This document shows positions 30,611 to 41,096 of a DNA stretch of 64,000 nucleotides, one piece after another; within the stretch, counting starts at the first letter, position 1; every line of letters begins with the position of its first letter. Location: assembly GCA_963737155.1 (NCBI GenBank), contig CAVTRN010000001.1, positions 1,504,001 to 1,568,000 on the forward strand, read 5' to 3'. This DNA comes from Nitrospirota bacterium. Its GTDB lineage: Bacteria > Nitrospirota > UBA9217. The notes under the pieces were generated by a model. That model searched no databases, was not told the origin of the DNA, and saw only the letters and a list, made by a program, of their open reading frames with translations. Position numbers and translations under genes: made by a program.

Positions 30611-31900
30611 ATGGTGACGAGCCTACTCTCAATGATTTCCGGACAATACGCCAAGTCTTTAATTTTAGGGTCATTTTTCCCTTCATTGGTGTTCATAGTC
30701 CTGAATATGTTTTTCGTGAGCCCGCTGATACCGACGGGCTGGACTCCCCCGCATTGGCTTACAGCTTTGGATAGCCAGTGGCCAGTGCTTGTTGTAACTT
30801 TTGTAATAATTGTATTATCCGGATTATTGTATCAGTTCAATATCCCGATCATCCGTCTATATGAAGGTTATCCTTGGAAAGAGTCTTGCATCGGTATTTG
30901 GAGGAAGAAGCGTTATCAAAAATTGTTTGAGAACATCCGAAGTCGCTGGATAGGGATGCGCACGCTGCTGCGTAAGATGGGAAAAATACAGCCAGGTCAT
31001 CCGTCATATTCAGACGTTAACGCGTGTTGGGACAAATTTGGCTACAAAATGCGTGAGTTTCCAGAAGATGTCGAACTGGTATTGCCAACTCGGTTGGGCA
31101 ACGTGATTCGACGTTTTGAAGAATATCCTCTACGCCAGTATGGGATAGACTCTGTTCAGATGTGGGCGTGTTTGGTCAGCGAGATTCCGAGTAACTACGC
31201 GACAATTATCGACGATGCAAAGACTATATTTGATTTCACGATAAATCTCTCTTTTTTGATGACCATTCTGGCACTAGAGACTTTGGTGGTCGGACTGCTT
31301 TATCCTGCCTTTCACGTGCTAAATATCCAACAGCTGCTACAAAGGCTGCTTATGGTCGTCTTTTTCTTATTATTCTCTTTTCTCTTCTATTTCGTCTCGA
31401 TCTCTCGAGCTTCAGCTTGGGGGGCCACAGTGAAGAGTGCCTTCGACCTCTATCGATGGGAGTTGTTAACGCAAATGGGCTATCAACAGAAGCCGAAGAC
31501 AAATGAAGAGGAACGTCTCATGTGGAATTCGATCTCACGGCGTATGATTTATGGCAGGTCTCCGACTGAGCCGACACTGGACTATGCAACCAAGGTAACC
31601 TCTGTACAAGTGGATCCCGCAATTCTGGTATTAGACTATGTGAGAGGGGTTACGATAACGGATCAAGGCAAAAAAAACGTTGTTATTTGTATCAAGAATG
31701 ACGACCAACTCGAATGTGATGCTAAGAATGTTGTTGTAACAGACACATTGCCGGAAGGATATTTTTACGTTTGGAATTCGGTAAATGTTACAAATGGTAG
31801 CGTGTCGGTCACTGGCATCAACCCATATAGCTTCAAAATTGGTGCGGTGAAGTATAAGGAGGAGAAGATTCTAACGTATTCTATCGCACGTGCGGAGTAA
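30611..31900 (+). CDS. Four-TM protein with C-terminal DUF11-like beta domain
   Basis: LPTRLGNVIRRFEEYP motif; AKNVVVTDTLPEG near the C-terminus. Confidence 0.75.
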   Translation: MVTSLLSMISGQYAKSLILGSFFPSLVFIVLNMFFVSPLIPTGWTPPHWLTALDSQWPVLVVTFVIIVLSGLLYQFNIPIIRLYEGYPWKESCIGIWRKKRYQKLFENIRSRWIGMRTLLRKMGKIQPGHPSYSDVNACWDKFGYKMREFPEDVELVLPTRLGNVIRRFEEYPLRQYGIDSVQMWACLVSEIPSNYATIIDDAKTIFDFTINLSFLMTILALETLVVGLLYPAFHVLNIQQLLQRLLMVVFFLLFSFLFYFVSISRASAWGATVKSAFDLYRWELLTQMGYQQKPKTNEEERLMWNSISRRMIYGRSPTEPTLDYATKVTSVQVDPAILVLDYVRGVTITDQGKKNVVICIKNDDQLECDAKNVVVTDTLPEGYFYVWNSVNVTNGSVSVTGINPYSFKIGAVKYKEEKILTYSIARAE

Positions 31901-32021
31901 TGGAAAAAGCATGTAGATCTTGGTCTCTTTGCTTGCAGGATTGACTGTAAGGACCGAATGATGAGAGCTCTTCGATAGTTACTATTAAGCGGAGACGGCA
32001 AAAATAATAAAAGGGGTTATC

Positions 32022-32258
32022 ATGGCAAAACTTAAGAAGGCAACACGTTCGGAGGTTGATTTACTTCAACACGCAGGAATTAAGACATTCGGGGAGTTGG
32101 CAGGATTTGATCCGGATAAACTCTATGTTCATCTGGAAAAGATCATTGAGCAGAAAAAACTCTCGGTACGTCTTCCGCGAAAGGAAAAACTCTCGGAATG
32201 GAAGGTGCAAGCTAAATGTGAGCTTGCTGGTGATATCATCATAAAGCCCAAACCCTGA
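32022..32258 (+). CDS. DUF4332-like small protein
   Basis: LLQHAGIKTFGELA...RLP...LSEWKVQAK. Confidence 0.65.
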   Translation: MAKLKKATRSEVDLLQHAGIKTFGELAGFDPDKLYVHLEKIIEQKKLSVRLPRKEKLSEWKVQAKCELAGDIIIKPKP

Positions 32259-32320
32259 CCTGTTTGGTGGCCAGATTTTTGGGAATAAAATGATTCAAGC
32301 CTATATTGTGAGAGAGTTTT

Positions 32321-33136
32321 ATGACGGATATCAGAAAACTTGAATCAATTACAGAAGAAGAAGTTCAACAGTTTGAGACCAATAGTATAAATACGATAAC
32401 CAGTCTGTGGTCTCAAATAGGGAAAGACTTCAATAATGGGATTGATGATGTCGCAAAACTTACGAATATTTCTCCTAAACGACTGTTGGATTTATTAGTT
32501 CGCCAAACTGAAAAGGATAAAAAACTAACAGAAGACTTTTGGCTTAAGCGGCATTCGCTTGATGTTGGAATATTTTTGGGTCTTTGCATTCTCATAGCAT
32601 TTATTTTTCAAGCCCCGAAAAGTTGTGTTTCAAGAAGAACATCACTGGCTTTTGGACAAATGGTCGTCTGCGGTGGCACTGAGCTTTTAGCATATCATGT
32701 TATTCGTGCCGGCGATGTTACGGTGATGGAAGCCACCATGCAGCCTGAAACCTTTGCAATAACGGAGGACGTGATCGGACGTTACCCGCTGGAATCGATC
32801 CAACCGGGTCAGCCATTGAGAAAAAATCAACTCAGTAAGGTTCGCCTTGCAGAATTAGAAGTGAAAGACCGATATCTTGTCTCTCTATCGGTTAAGGCAG
32901 GAGCCGTAAGTCCATCGGTAGAGCAAGGATCACATATATCTTTATTGCTATCTATGCGTTCATCTGATAACAAACCTATTCGTGATTCTCTAATTTTGAA
33001 AGACGCGATTGTGTTGTCGCTCGAACAAAAGGGTGATGTAATTTTAGCAGTCGTTGCTATTCCTCAACAAGAGGCGAAGAAGGTAGTACCGATGATACCC
33101 AAGTCCGACGTATTTTTAATGAAACCGCTTCCATAA
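32321..33136 (+). CDS. Membrane protein with SAF / CpaB(RcpC)-like domains
   Basis: HhH-like N-terminus, TM, AYHVIRAGDV...VIGRYPLESIQPGQPL SAF pattern. Confidence 0.65.
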   Translation: MTDIRKLESITEEEVQQFETNSINTITSLWSQIGKDFNNGIDDVAKLTNISPKRLLDLLVRQTEKDKKLTEDFWLKRHSLDVGIFLGLCILIAFIFQAPKSCVSRRTSLAFGQMVVCGGTELLAYHVIRAGDVTVMEATMQPETFAITEDVIGRYPLESIQPGQPLRKNQLSKVRLAELEVKDRYLVSLSVKAGAVSPSVEQGSHISLLLSMRSSDNKPIRDSLILKDAIVLSLEQKGDVILAVVAIPQQEAKKVVPMIPKSDVFLMKPLP

Positions 33137-33286
33137 AGGGAGCAAAGAGAACTTTGTCACTGGCACGAAGCTCGATGTTCGTTTTCACGGGTTCGCGAAA
33201 ATTTCAATTCCCTTCCCTTTTCGCCTTCGCTGACAGCTCAACCAGAGAAAGCACCTTTTACAGCATTAGGCACTGGTTTAGCACAA

Positions 33287-33541
33287 ATGGTTTTAAGTCG
33301 GAATAAAAACGTAAAAGTGCAGGAATTCTATCTTGGTTTAGATTATGACAATGGTGCAGGCTATGGTGCTCGATTAGCAGAGGGTAATTATATCGTCGTG
33401 CAAGCTCCAGATGATAGTATTAATTGGGCAGATTGGGCATATGATCCTGTGAATGCAAGAATTGTAAAAAAGAGCGATGGCAAAACAACGATTCCATATA
33501 ATTACGTTATATTTAGAGTTGCTAAGCATACAGGTGAATGA
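33287..33541 (+). CDS. Hypothetical protein (possibly a fragment)
   Basis: 84-aa ORF, weak SD. Confidence 0.4.
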   Translation: MVLSRNKNVKVQEFYLGLDYDNGAGYGARLAEGNYIVVQAPDDSINWADWAYDPVNARIVKKSDGKTTIPYNYVIFRVAKHTGE

Positions 33542-33655
33542 AGATTTTTTAGGAAGTGACTCCGCCAAGATGAAATAGCAAAAAAACAGAAACGAAGATT
33601 TCCGTCTTTCTAATTTACAATATTTTACTAGATCATAATGGTTCTGAAAAAGGGT

Positions 33656-33681
33656 AAACTAGGGGAAACCTTGGGTTGCAG
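33656..33681 (+). promoter_or_regulatory. Dispersed promoter module copy 6 (degenerate)
   Basis: AAACTAGGGGAAACCTTGGGTTGCA. Confidence 0.4.
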
Positions 33682-33947
33682 AGCAACGAGACTAACGAGA
33701 TCTTAAATCAATGTCAGCCGCCAGAGATAATATCTGGCGGCTTTTTATGCTTTCAATGCCGTTAATGTTTGTTGGCTGCCCTCAATACAAGATCTATTGC
33801 GCTGGTTTATTCGGGACGAGGCATGATAGGTCAGACCCACGTTGTCCTGACGATTGCAATGCACATGGAGAACGGGTTGTTTGTAAAGCGCGTTGGCTTT
33901 AGTGACGCGTTCGAGTCTACGCCTTGCTAGCGCCATTTACTTTGCAT

Positions 33948-34067
33948 TTATCTACGTGGTGGTGGTCCCTCTGGCTTCGGCGGTCGCGGCGTATTAGGTA
34001 TCTTACCACGTGTATTAAGGATCTGCGCTGCTGGAATGCAGATAAGAGCGTCTTTTTCAGTAAACAT
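33948..34067 (-). CDS. Small Pro/Arg-rich peptide, 39 aa
   Basis: SD AAGGAGG 7 nt before ATG; MFTEKDALICIPAAQILNTRGKIPNTPRPPKPEGPPPRR*; below the ORF-track cutoff. Confidence 0.5.
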   Translation of the reverse strand: MFTEKDALICIPAAQILNTRGKIPNTPRPPKPEGPPPRR

Positions 34068-34370
34068 GCCTATCCCTCCTTTTGGTTGGGTCTCCTTTGA
34101 TTAAAGGTTTTTTTATGGAGTGCGCCCCAGTCGAGCGTATCTTGGAGAAAATCTCCAAATGTAAAGAAGCTTTGGGGACACTACACTAGATGGTTTATTG
34201 CTAAATCCGGAATTTTTTTAGCGATATTACATAATAATTCTGTATCTAACGTAATACCGGCTATCTTAGATGCTTTCGTGATCGCCGTCAAACGCTTTGG
34301 GCCACTATTCCTCAGTCATATATGCATCTACATTTGAATCTCCTTGTTAGTGAGGTTGTCTGTGTTTGGC

Positions 34371-35444
34371 TTATGTTTTATTCTTTTCCGTGCATATTCC
34401 AAGCGGCTCTTTCAGTGCCCCAACTTGTGCCCCCGCCTTTTGCTCTATCGTTGTACCGAATAACTCGACAATATTTTCCAAGCTATAACCAACAAGAAAT
34501 GCATTCATCGGTGTGACAGCATCTGGTGTAACGGTAAACGCGAGTCCGAACAATCCAATTAAGGCAATTAGAATTTTAAGCAGTATATCGCCTTTACGTG
34601 CACTAATGTAGATCAACAAATCATTCACAGGGATAACCGGCGGTAATCCAGATACTTTACTACGTTTAATACTCGAAACACCTATCTGGGTTAATGAACC
34701 AATTAATATTGCACCCCAACAAATTGTTAACGTGACTGCATGTTGAGGTTTTAAAGGCCAATATAAATTAAGCCATGTTCCAAGGTTGCATAAGAGAATT
34801 ATGAATACTATTGCTAGTCCGAATGCTGCCGTTACTGTTAATAAACTCTTGCGTCGTGCTTTAGCTTCTTCCTCGTACTTATATATAAGACCTTTTGCAA
34901 CATTAACAATGCCACCATTAATGACGCTTGGTGCCCAAGCCATATTATTAAGTACGTGGATTCGACCTTCAAGCGACGGAAGTTCGTCTTCAAATATCAC
35001 GTGAAACGGCAAATAATATCCAGGCCTACCTTTTTTAAGCCAGTCATTAACTCGAGCAGGGATCGTCCGATCTCCTACGTGAAACACAATTTCTGAACAT
35101 TGCTCCTGGAGGACGGTTAAATTGAGTAACTGTTCTTGTATATTTGGCGGCACTTGTTCAGGATTCCTAAGTATCTGGTTTCCGCTCATCTGCTCCCACA
35201 CATTAAATATGTGCCGGATAACATCACTGTCTTTATTCTCATTATCAATATTAAGCTTTCCAAGCTCCGATACTAAATTCTCTACATCACTAAATGTCTT
35301 TTTAATATATGCGGTGTTATCTTTCACATTATTATTGCCACCTTTGATACTCGTCAATAATTTATGAAGATCCATCATCTCTGCACGAAGTTCCCGCAGT
35401 GCCTTAATAGTCTTTTCATTCACCTCACGTTCGTGTTCCGTCAT
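34371..35444 (-). CDS. Coiled-coil plus C-terminal multi-TM hypothetical protein
   Basis: SD AAGGAG; 357 aa; about four TMs at the C-terminus. Confidence 0.75.
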   Translation of the reverse strand: MTEHEREVNEKTIKALRELRAEMMDLHKLLTSIKGGNNNVKDNTAYIKKTFSDVENLVSELGKLNIDNENKDSDVIRHIFNVWEQMSGNQILRNPEQVPPNIQEQLLNLTVLQEQCSEIVFHVGDRTIPARVNDWLKKGRPGYYLPFHVIFEDELPSLEGRIHVLNNMAWAPSVINGGIVNVAKGLIYKYEEEAKARRKSLLTVTAAFGLAIVFIILLCNLGTWLNLYWPLKPQHAVTLTICWGAILIGSLTQIGVSSIKRSKVSGLPPVIPVNDLLIYISARKGDILLKILIALIGLFGLAFTVTPDAVTPMNAFLVGYSLENIVELFGTTIEQKAGAQVGALKEPLGICTEKNKT

Positions 35445-35617
35445 TTAGGCTCCTTTAAGTGGCCCTTGATTTCTCAGACAGAGTGGAGAACTGGTTGTTA
35501 CAGTGACCAGTTGCGTAACGTACAAAGTAACAGGTCATTGTGCAGTGGCATTCATCTGCAAGTGAATCCATAACGAGAACCGTACCGCATGCCATCACAA
35601 CATCACCCAAGCGCAGA

Positions 35618-38020
35618 TCAAGGACCTGCAAGCGGATTAATTACCTGTTCGGCAAAGAACAACCAATTTGTCGCGGCTAAGCCCACGCGTTCAGGCGGGC
35701 AATTTTGATATGGAGTATTCAAGCACTGATACAATGGCGAAAGGGTGTTACCGTTTTGTAGCGTGCTGGCTACCAATCCCTGGCCGTCGCCAAAAGGGGC
35801 CGACGCTTGCGCAAGCTGCATTTGTCCGAGATAGAAATCCGCCGGATTTTCAAAGGTTGTCTGGTTGTAAAGGAGATCAACATAGCGCATTGTCTCTACC
35901 GCTTGGCCGGTAAACTCCCAGGCAACTCCGTTTTCGCCGGAGACTGGAGTGGAAACGATATCGAATCCCTGAAACGTTTGGGTTCCAACAGAGATGGTTT
36001 GTGCAAATGTATTGAGAACGTATTGAACGGGGCGAGTCCAATCCATGACTTTGCCATCAGGCAGGGGATAGTTTGAATACCGTGGCGAGCCTGCCATTGC
36101 CAATGTAGTAAAGGTATCCGAATCAAGAAAATCGCAGTCGGGCGATGAGTTTGTGTTGATGATGTCATTGCCTTCCTGGGTGCCAGTAGGACAACTGCCA
36201 GGTCCCGGCGTGGTCACGGGCTTGCTTGTGACCGTCCCGGTGTTGAAGCGTCCATTTGTCATATCAAACATCTCCATGACAAAATCACCTGCGACATTTG
36301 CAGCAGTTGTCCAGGAATTCGTATTGCTCGAATCTAATTTGGCCAAAGCTGTAAATGCGGCAAAGATATCCGCATTGTTCTCCGTCGATTTTCCTCGATT
36401 CAAAAGTTTTGGAACAGGCGCACCGTTGTCCGGATAGCCAACATAGTAACCTCCATAGCCAGTTCCGGTCGTGTCGGTCAAGTTCGATATAATCCAATTT
36501 CCAATCGTGATCGCATCATTCAGATATTTGACGTTTCCGGACTGTTTATATTCGGTCAGTAACGCCAAAATAGCCCATGCATTGTTTCCTCCAGTAGCTC
36601 CATCGAGGACAAGACAATAGGACAGTGCGCCACAGGTGAAACCTGCTAATCGGCTGTCGCCGGCTTTTGCGGAGCCGCCGGAACCTCCACCTTGATCATT
36701 CAGAAGGGCGATGTCGCCGCTCTCATATGCGTTATGAAGTCCACATTGGGTTGCTGCGAGTCCTGAAAAGCATCCGTTCGTGCCGCTAGGAGTGGTCGAT
36801 AAGTAGTCTCCCTCATTGTCGTGGTAGAGTGCGTAGTCAAGGGCATCCGCAACTGTCTGTGCATCGGTGGTATCACCTTGATCAAGGAGGGTTTCGATTG
36901 TCATAGCCGACTCGTAAATTGCCGCAATATTGCGGTTGGCTTGGTCTGGAGGGATTGAAGCCGACGTCTGAGGAACAACGCCGAACGTCTGAGTGCTGAG
37001 CGGCAGGTTCAGAGTTTCTCCCAGTTTGGTTTGGGTGGTCCGGCTAGGGACGGGGGTGAACTGAATATTGTCCAAAAGCACCGTAGCGCCGTTTGGCGCG
37101 TATTGGGAATTGGTCACAACCGTAAACAAAACATGCACGCTATCGAGGGTTGGAGGACAGGACACTGTCCCTCCAGGCGACGACACCAAAGAACTTAGTG
37201 GAATTGTCACCGTCTACCATGTCTGGGGGATTTGTTGGAATTCCGGGGTGACACACTGCCCTACGCCGAACTGTACGGTACCCATATCGGGTGAGCGGAC
37301 ATCGAAAACTATATTTTGCACACCACGGAGATCATAGCCGTTGCCGGTTTGTAAAGAACCCCAGTTCTGCGGCTCCTCGATGTTGACGCCATTGTAGTCT
37401 GTTTGCGCGTCGAATGAAATACGCATCACGGTTCCGTGCACTGTATCGAGGGCGGTGGTGGTTGTCGATGAATAGCATCCAGTGACAGTGTCTGCCGGAT
37501 TGTCAATACAACCAGCGTCTAGGTGTATGGTTGAGGTGGTGCCGGTACTACCTGTAAAGAAACCGGACGGGAAACCGTGGTTGAACCCAGAGTCTTGATC
37601 TTTATAGACATAGAAGCTCGTTTGATTAGCGGTCACCCTTGCTTGGATCTCGTCTTCCGGAGTACCCGGCGTAGCACTGGCTTGGTTTGAGTAAGAACTG
37701 GTTCCACCACTGTTGACGGCTTGCACCACAAAGTAGTAGGTCGTGCCATTGCTTACGGTCGAGTCTTCATAGGTGGTCGTGGTCAAGTCGATAGCGATGC
37801 TGCTGTACGATCCACCGCTGCTGATCGATCTCAGCACGTTGTAGCTGGTCGCCCCTGGCGAAGCAGTCCAAGTCAACGATACTTGTGCATTGCTCGCCGT
37901 TGCCGTGAGGCTAGTTGGTGCAGCAGGCGCAGGTGTGGACTTGGAACCACCTCCGCAACCGAAAAGGGTAAGCCAAAGGAAGAGTGATATTACAAATGAT
38001 GTGCCAGTGCAAAATCGCAT
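35618..38020 (-). pseudogene. Lipoprotein with FN3, carbohydrate-binding-like and (alpha/alpha)-barrel glycosidase-like regions; one in-frame TAG
   Basis: ORFs 37214..38020 and 35618..37210 share a frame: IPQTW*TVTIPL; lipobox LFGC; FN3; TGGNNAW, KSTENNAD and VAWEFTGQ motifs. Confidence 0.8.
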
Positions 38021-38474
38021 GATATCCCTCTCTTTGCCTAAGTTGACACCGACATCGATGTCTTGTCGCCCTTAGAGTGCGGGCGCTGAGCCGTGTGCTC
38101 TTTTCGCGCTGAGTTTCATTGTCTTGTTTAGGATGAAAACCGCAATTTGTAAAACCATGCAACTGTCGTGAGATACTGGAGGTTGGTTATTAGTTGAAAA
38201 CTTTATCATAAATGCATATTACAAACCGTATTTTGTGCTTCTATTATATTTATTGAAAAAAATCCGCTCTGTCAAGGATTCACCGGTTTCACTGATCAGA
38301 ATCAGAAGGAGAGTGGTTATCATAAACTATCAAGATTTTGGAGCTCAGTCGTGATCCTCATCTCAACCTCAATTCATCAATCTAGGTCTGATAATAATTA
38401 GAAATGTCGTCTTAATTATTATGATTATATTATTTTTAAAAATCATAACACCTTATTTTAAAGTGTGTCTAAAG

Positions 38475-38550
38475 TGTGTCATTGTTTGCCGTTCATGTCA
38501 ATCGGGGAAACCCTAGTTTTGTGCGATGAAAATCCCAGATCTTTGTTTAC
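38475..38550 (-). promoter_or_regulatory. Dispersed promoter module copy 7 (extended form)
   Basis: Reverse complement GTAAACAAAGATCTGGGA...AAAACTAGGGTTTCCCCGA-TTGACA-17nt-CACACT; faces the lipoprotein gene. Confidence 0.65.
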
Positions 38551-38747
38551 GAATATTCTTGGGAAAATGCAAAATGCGTCTTGCAGGGAAGGTGTAGCGC
38601 TGCATCGCTTGCCGCGACAAAAATTTAAGTCTGGTTTCCTATCGCAAGTAAATTATTTCCAACAAAAGCAAAGTATGATATGCTTCTAAATATATTTTCA
38701 AGCCCCGTGTTATAGATATATGGTATTCTATAGCGAGAGACAGAGAG

Positions 38748-39491
38748 GTGACGATGAATCGACCAGAGAGCAAAATGTTTCCCAATGACGTAGCGCGCAA
38801 GCTCAAGAGCTACGTGTACAGACTAATTGACCCTCGAAAGGGTGAGACATTCTATATTGGGAAGGGCAAGGGCAACCGCTTATTTTCGCATATCCAAGCC
38901 GAGCAGAAATTGGTAGGCGACGATCTCGAAAATAAAATAATGCGCATCCGGGAAATACTCAATGCGGGATTAGAGGTCATTCACGTTATACATCGTCACG
39001 GAATGGATAACAAGACCGCCTTCGAAGTTGAATCCGCGCTCATCGGTGCGTATCCGGGGCTCACCAATATCACTGATGGGGCGGGTGGTAATGACTATGG
39101 GGCGATGCACGCGAAGGAGATCATCAGCTTTTATTATAGCAAGCCGGCAATATTCAAACACAAGGCGTTGTTGATTAACGTCAACAGAAGCGCCACCGAG
39201 ACATTGCTGTACGAAGCAACCCGTTACGCCTGGAAGATTAAAAAGGCTACGGCGGAGCAGGCTGAAGTCGTTCTCTCCACCTTAAAGGGTGAGATCGTCG
39301 GAGCCTTCATTGCTCACCGCTGGTTAGAAGCGACAATAAAGAACTTTCCAGGGCGCGCCACAAGACCCGGACGATTCAGATTCGAGGGGAAAGAGGCCCC
39401 TGAGAACATAAAAAAGCTGTACGTGGACAAGCGAGTGCCTGACGAGTACCGCAAGCCTGGGGCTGCGAATCCGATCAAGTATACTTGGTAG
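38748..39491 (+). CDS. LEM-3-like GIY-YIG nuclease
   Basis: YVYRLIDPR..FYIGKGKGNR; AFEVESALI; LTN. Confidence 0.85.
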   Translation: MTMNRPESKMFPNDVARKLKSYVYRLIDPRKGETFYIGKGKGNRLFSHIQAEQKLVGDDLENKIMRIREILNAGLEVIHVIHRHGMDNKTAFEVESALIGAYPGLTNITDGAGGNDYGAMHAKEIISFYYSKPAIFKHKALLINVNRSATETLLYEATRYAWKIKKATAEQAEVVLSTLKGEIVGAFIAHRWLEATIKNFPGRATRPGRFRFEGKEAPENIKKLYVDKRVPDEYRKPGAANPIKYTW

Positions 39492-39492
39492 C

Positions 39493-39580
39493 GCCGAACC
39501 GGACACTGTACCTGACCGTGACCGCCCTACTGGTTTCGCACAACATCAGGCTCTTTCAGCGGCTCCTGCAGGGCGGTTCT
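39493..39580 (+). repeat. Degenerate attC-like site
   Basis: GCCGAAC right after the stop, imperfect palindrome CTGTACCTGAC...CTGCAGG; right core site lost. Confidence 0.4.
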
Positions 39581-39843
39581 GAGGGCGTCCTTCCATATCG
39601 TGTACACGATGCCTGTAATGTCCAGGTAAAGTCAAATCCGAGTCCGAACGTCATGGATACGCACTATTAGATATCACATTGTAACAAACAGCATGATACA
39701 ATAAGAAAAAGATACCTTTTATACGGATATTGTGGGTATATTATGGTAGTAGAGATCGCATGTATAACGGACTGCAGACAAACTGTTCTTGGCGAATCTA
39801 CGAACGGGGCCGCAGGACTATTACAGCATTCGGGAGTAACAGT

Positions 39844-40374
39844 ATGAGCAGTATATCCCAGTTGATCGCAATGATCAATAAAATGGAGAAGGACGGCGTG
39901 ATTAGGGGCTATGCCATCGGGGGAGCGGTGGGGGCCACGTTTTACCTGGAGCCGGTGGCGACCCTTGATGTAGACATATTTGTGGTCTTTCAACCACAAA
40001 CAAGCCAGCGTCTACTGAGTCTGCAACCGATTTACGATTACCTGACTGCCCGGGGCGGCGTCATGGAGAAAGAGTATGTAGTCATCGCCGGATGGCCTGT
40101 GCAATTTTTGCCACCCACAGGCCCGCTAGTTGAGGAGGCCCTGGCTGATGCCGTTACTGTGCAGGTAGAGGATACGCCAGCGCGAGTTTTCACCGCCGAA
40201 CACCTTGCTGCCGTTGCTCTCCAGACCGGCAGACCCAAGGATAAGGCGCGATTGCTTCAGTTCGTCGAGTCCGGCGCAATCGCCGCTGATCGTTTTAAGA
40301 CCATCCTTGACCGGCACGGTCTCAACAATCAATGGACGGAGTTTAAGAGAACATTCCTATCGGGTGCGAAATGA
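39844..40374 (+). CDS. Nucleotidyltransferase-fold protein
   Basis: YAIGGAVG...TLDVDIFV; GRPKD. Confidence 0.75.
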   Translation: MSSISQLIAMINKMEKDGVIRGYAIGGAVGATFYLEPVATLDVDIFVVFQPQTSQRLLSLQPIYDYLTARGGVMEKEYVVIAGWPVQFLPPTGPLVEEALADAVTVQVEDTPARVFTAEHLAAVALQTGRPKDKARLLQFVESGAIAADRFKTILDRHGLNNQWTEFKRTFLSGAK

Positions 40375-40577
40375 CCTTTGACCTCAAACGAATGCTTGAA
40401 AGCAAAAAAGCGTTGCGCCGCAAACTCGCAAGCCGCCCCTTGGCGGAAAAACTCGCTATGCTTGACGCACTACGCGAACGTGCACTCGTCCTCCGTAAGG
40501 CTGCCGAATCCATGCGTCATTCTGCCGTGCGCGAAGGCGCGAAGGGGGCGAATGACACGATCCTAGAAAAGAAGTAG
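40371..40577 (+). CDS. Small basic protein coupled to the nucleotidyltransferase (TA-like pair)
   Basis: ATGA overlap; RRKLASRPLAEKLAML. Confidence 0.65.
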   Translation: MTFDLKRMLESKKALRRKLASRPLAEKLAMLDALRERALVLRKAAESMRHSAVREGAKGANDTILEKK

Positions 40578-40764
40578 AAAATGTTATTACTTTTTGATTA
40601 GCACAACCCTGATATGATTCGTATTTAAAGTTCACGTTCGAGTCCAGCTTGGGGAGCTAAACACTCCCACACTATCCATCATACTCCGAAATATGCACTG
40701 TATTTTATATTACTCATTTCAAACTTGCCCACTACCTGATTTTCATGAATTATTGAGGTTGTAT

Positions 40765-40860
40765 CAACTACCTCGTCGCAAGCTGCGGAGTATGAGAACC
40801 GTGTTCATCTGAATCATTCACCGCTAGCGGCGGGGAATTTAACCCGAAGAACCGATTAAA
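40765..40860. mobile_element. IS200/IS605-derived non-autonomous remnant
   Basis: Two hairpins (CCTCGTCGCAAGCTGCGGAG; TTCACCGCTAGCGGCGGGGAA) ending AACCCG...GATTAAA. Confidence 0.5.
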
Positions 40861-40870
40861 GAGGGGGCAC

Positions 40871-41059
40871 TTATGTGAGTAGAAGGGGGTGTGATTTTTC
40901 GCGAGCATTCACCCACAGGGGGGGTAGCTGAGCGCCAAAGCCTTCACCGTATTCGTCTCGCAATGTACTGACCAACGTGTAGCTGCGTTTTTTGCGAAAT
41001 TCTCCGTCATTATCTCGCATTCTTTCGTCTATGCCTTTAGGGAAATGCCTTTTCGTCAT
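40871..41059 (-). CDS. Small hypothetical protein, probably 3'-truncated
   Basis: SD AAGGAGG; RDNDGEFRKKRSYTLVSTLRDEYG. Confidence 0.55.
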   Translation of the reverse strand: MTKRHFPKGIDERMRDNDGEFRKKRSYTLVSTLRDEYGEGFGAQLPPLWVNAREKSHPLLLT

Positions 41060-41096
41060 GTTTTGTCCTCCTTATTAGCAAGGTGACCCAATTAGG

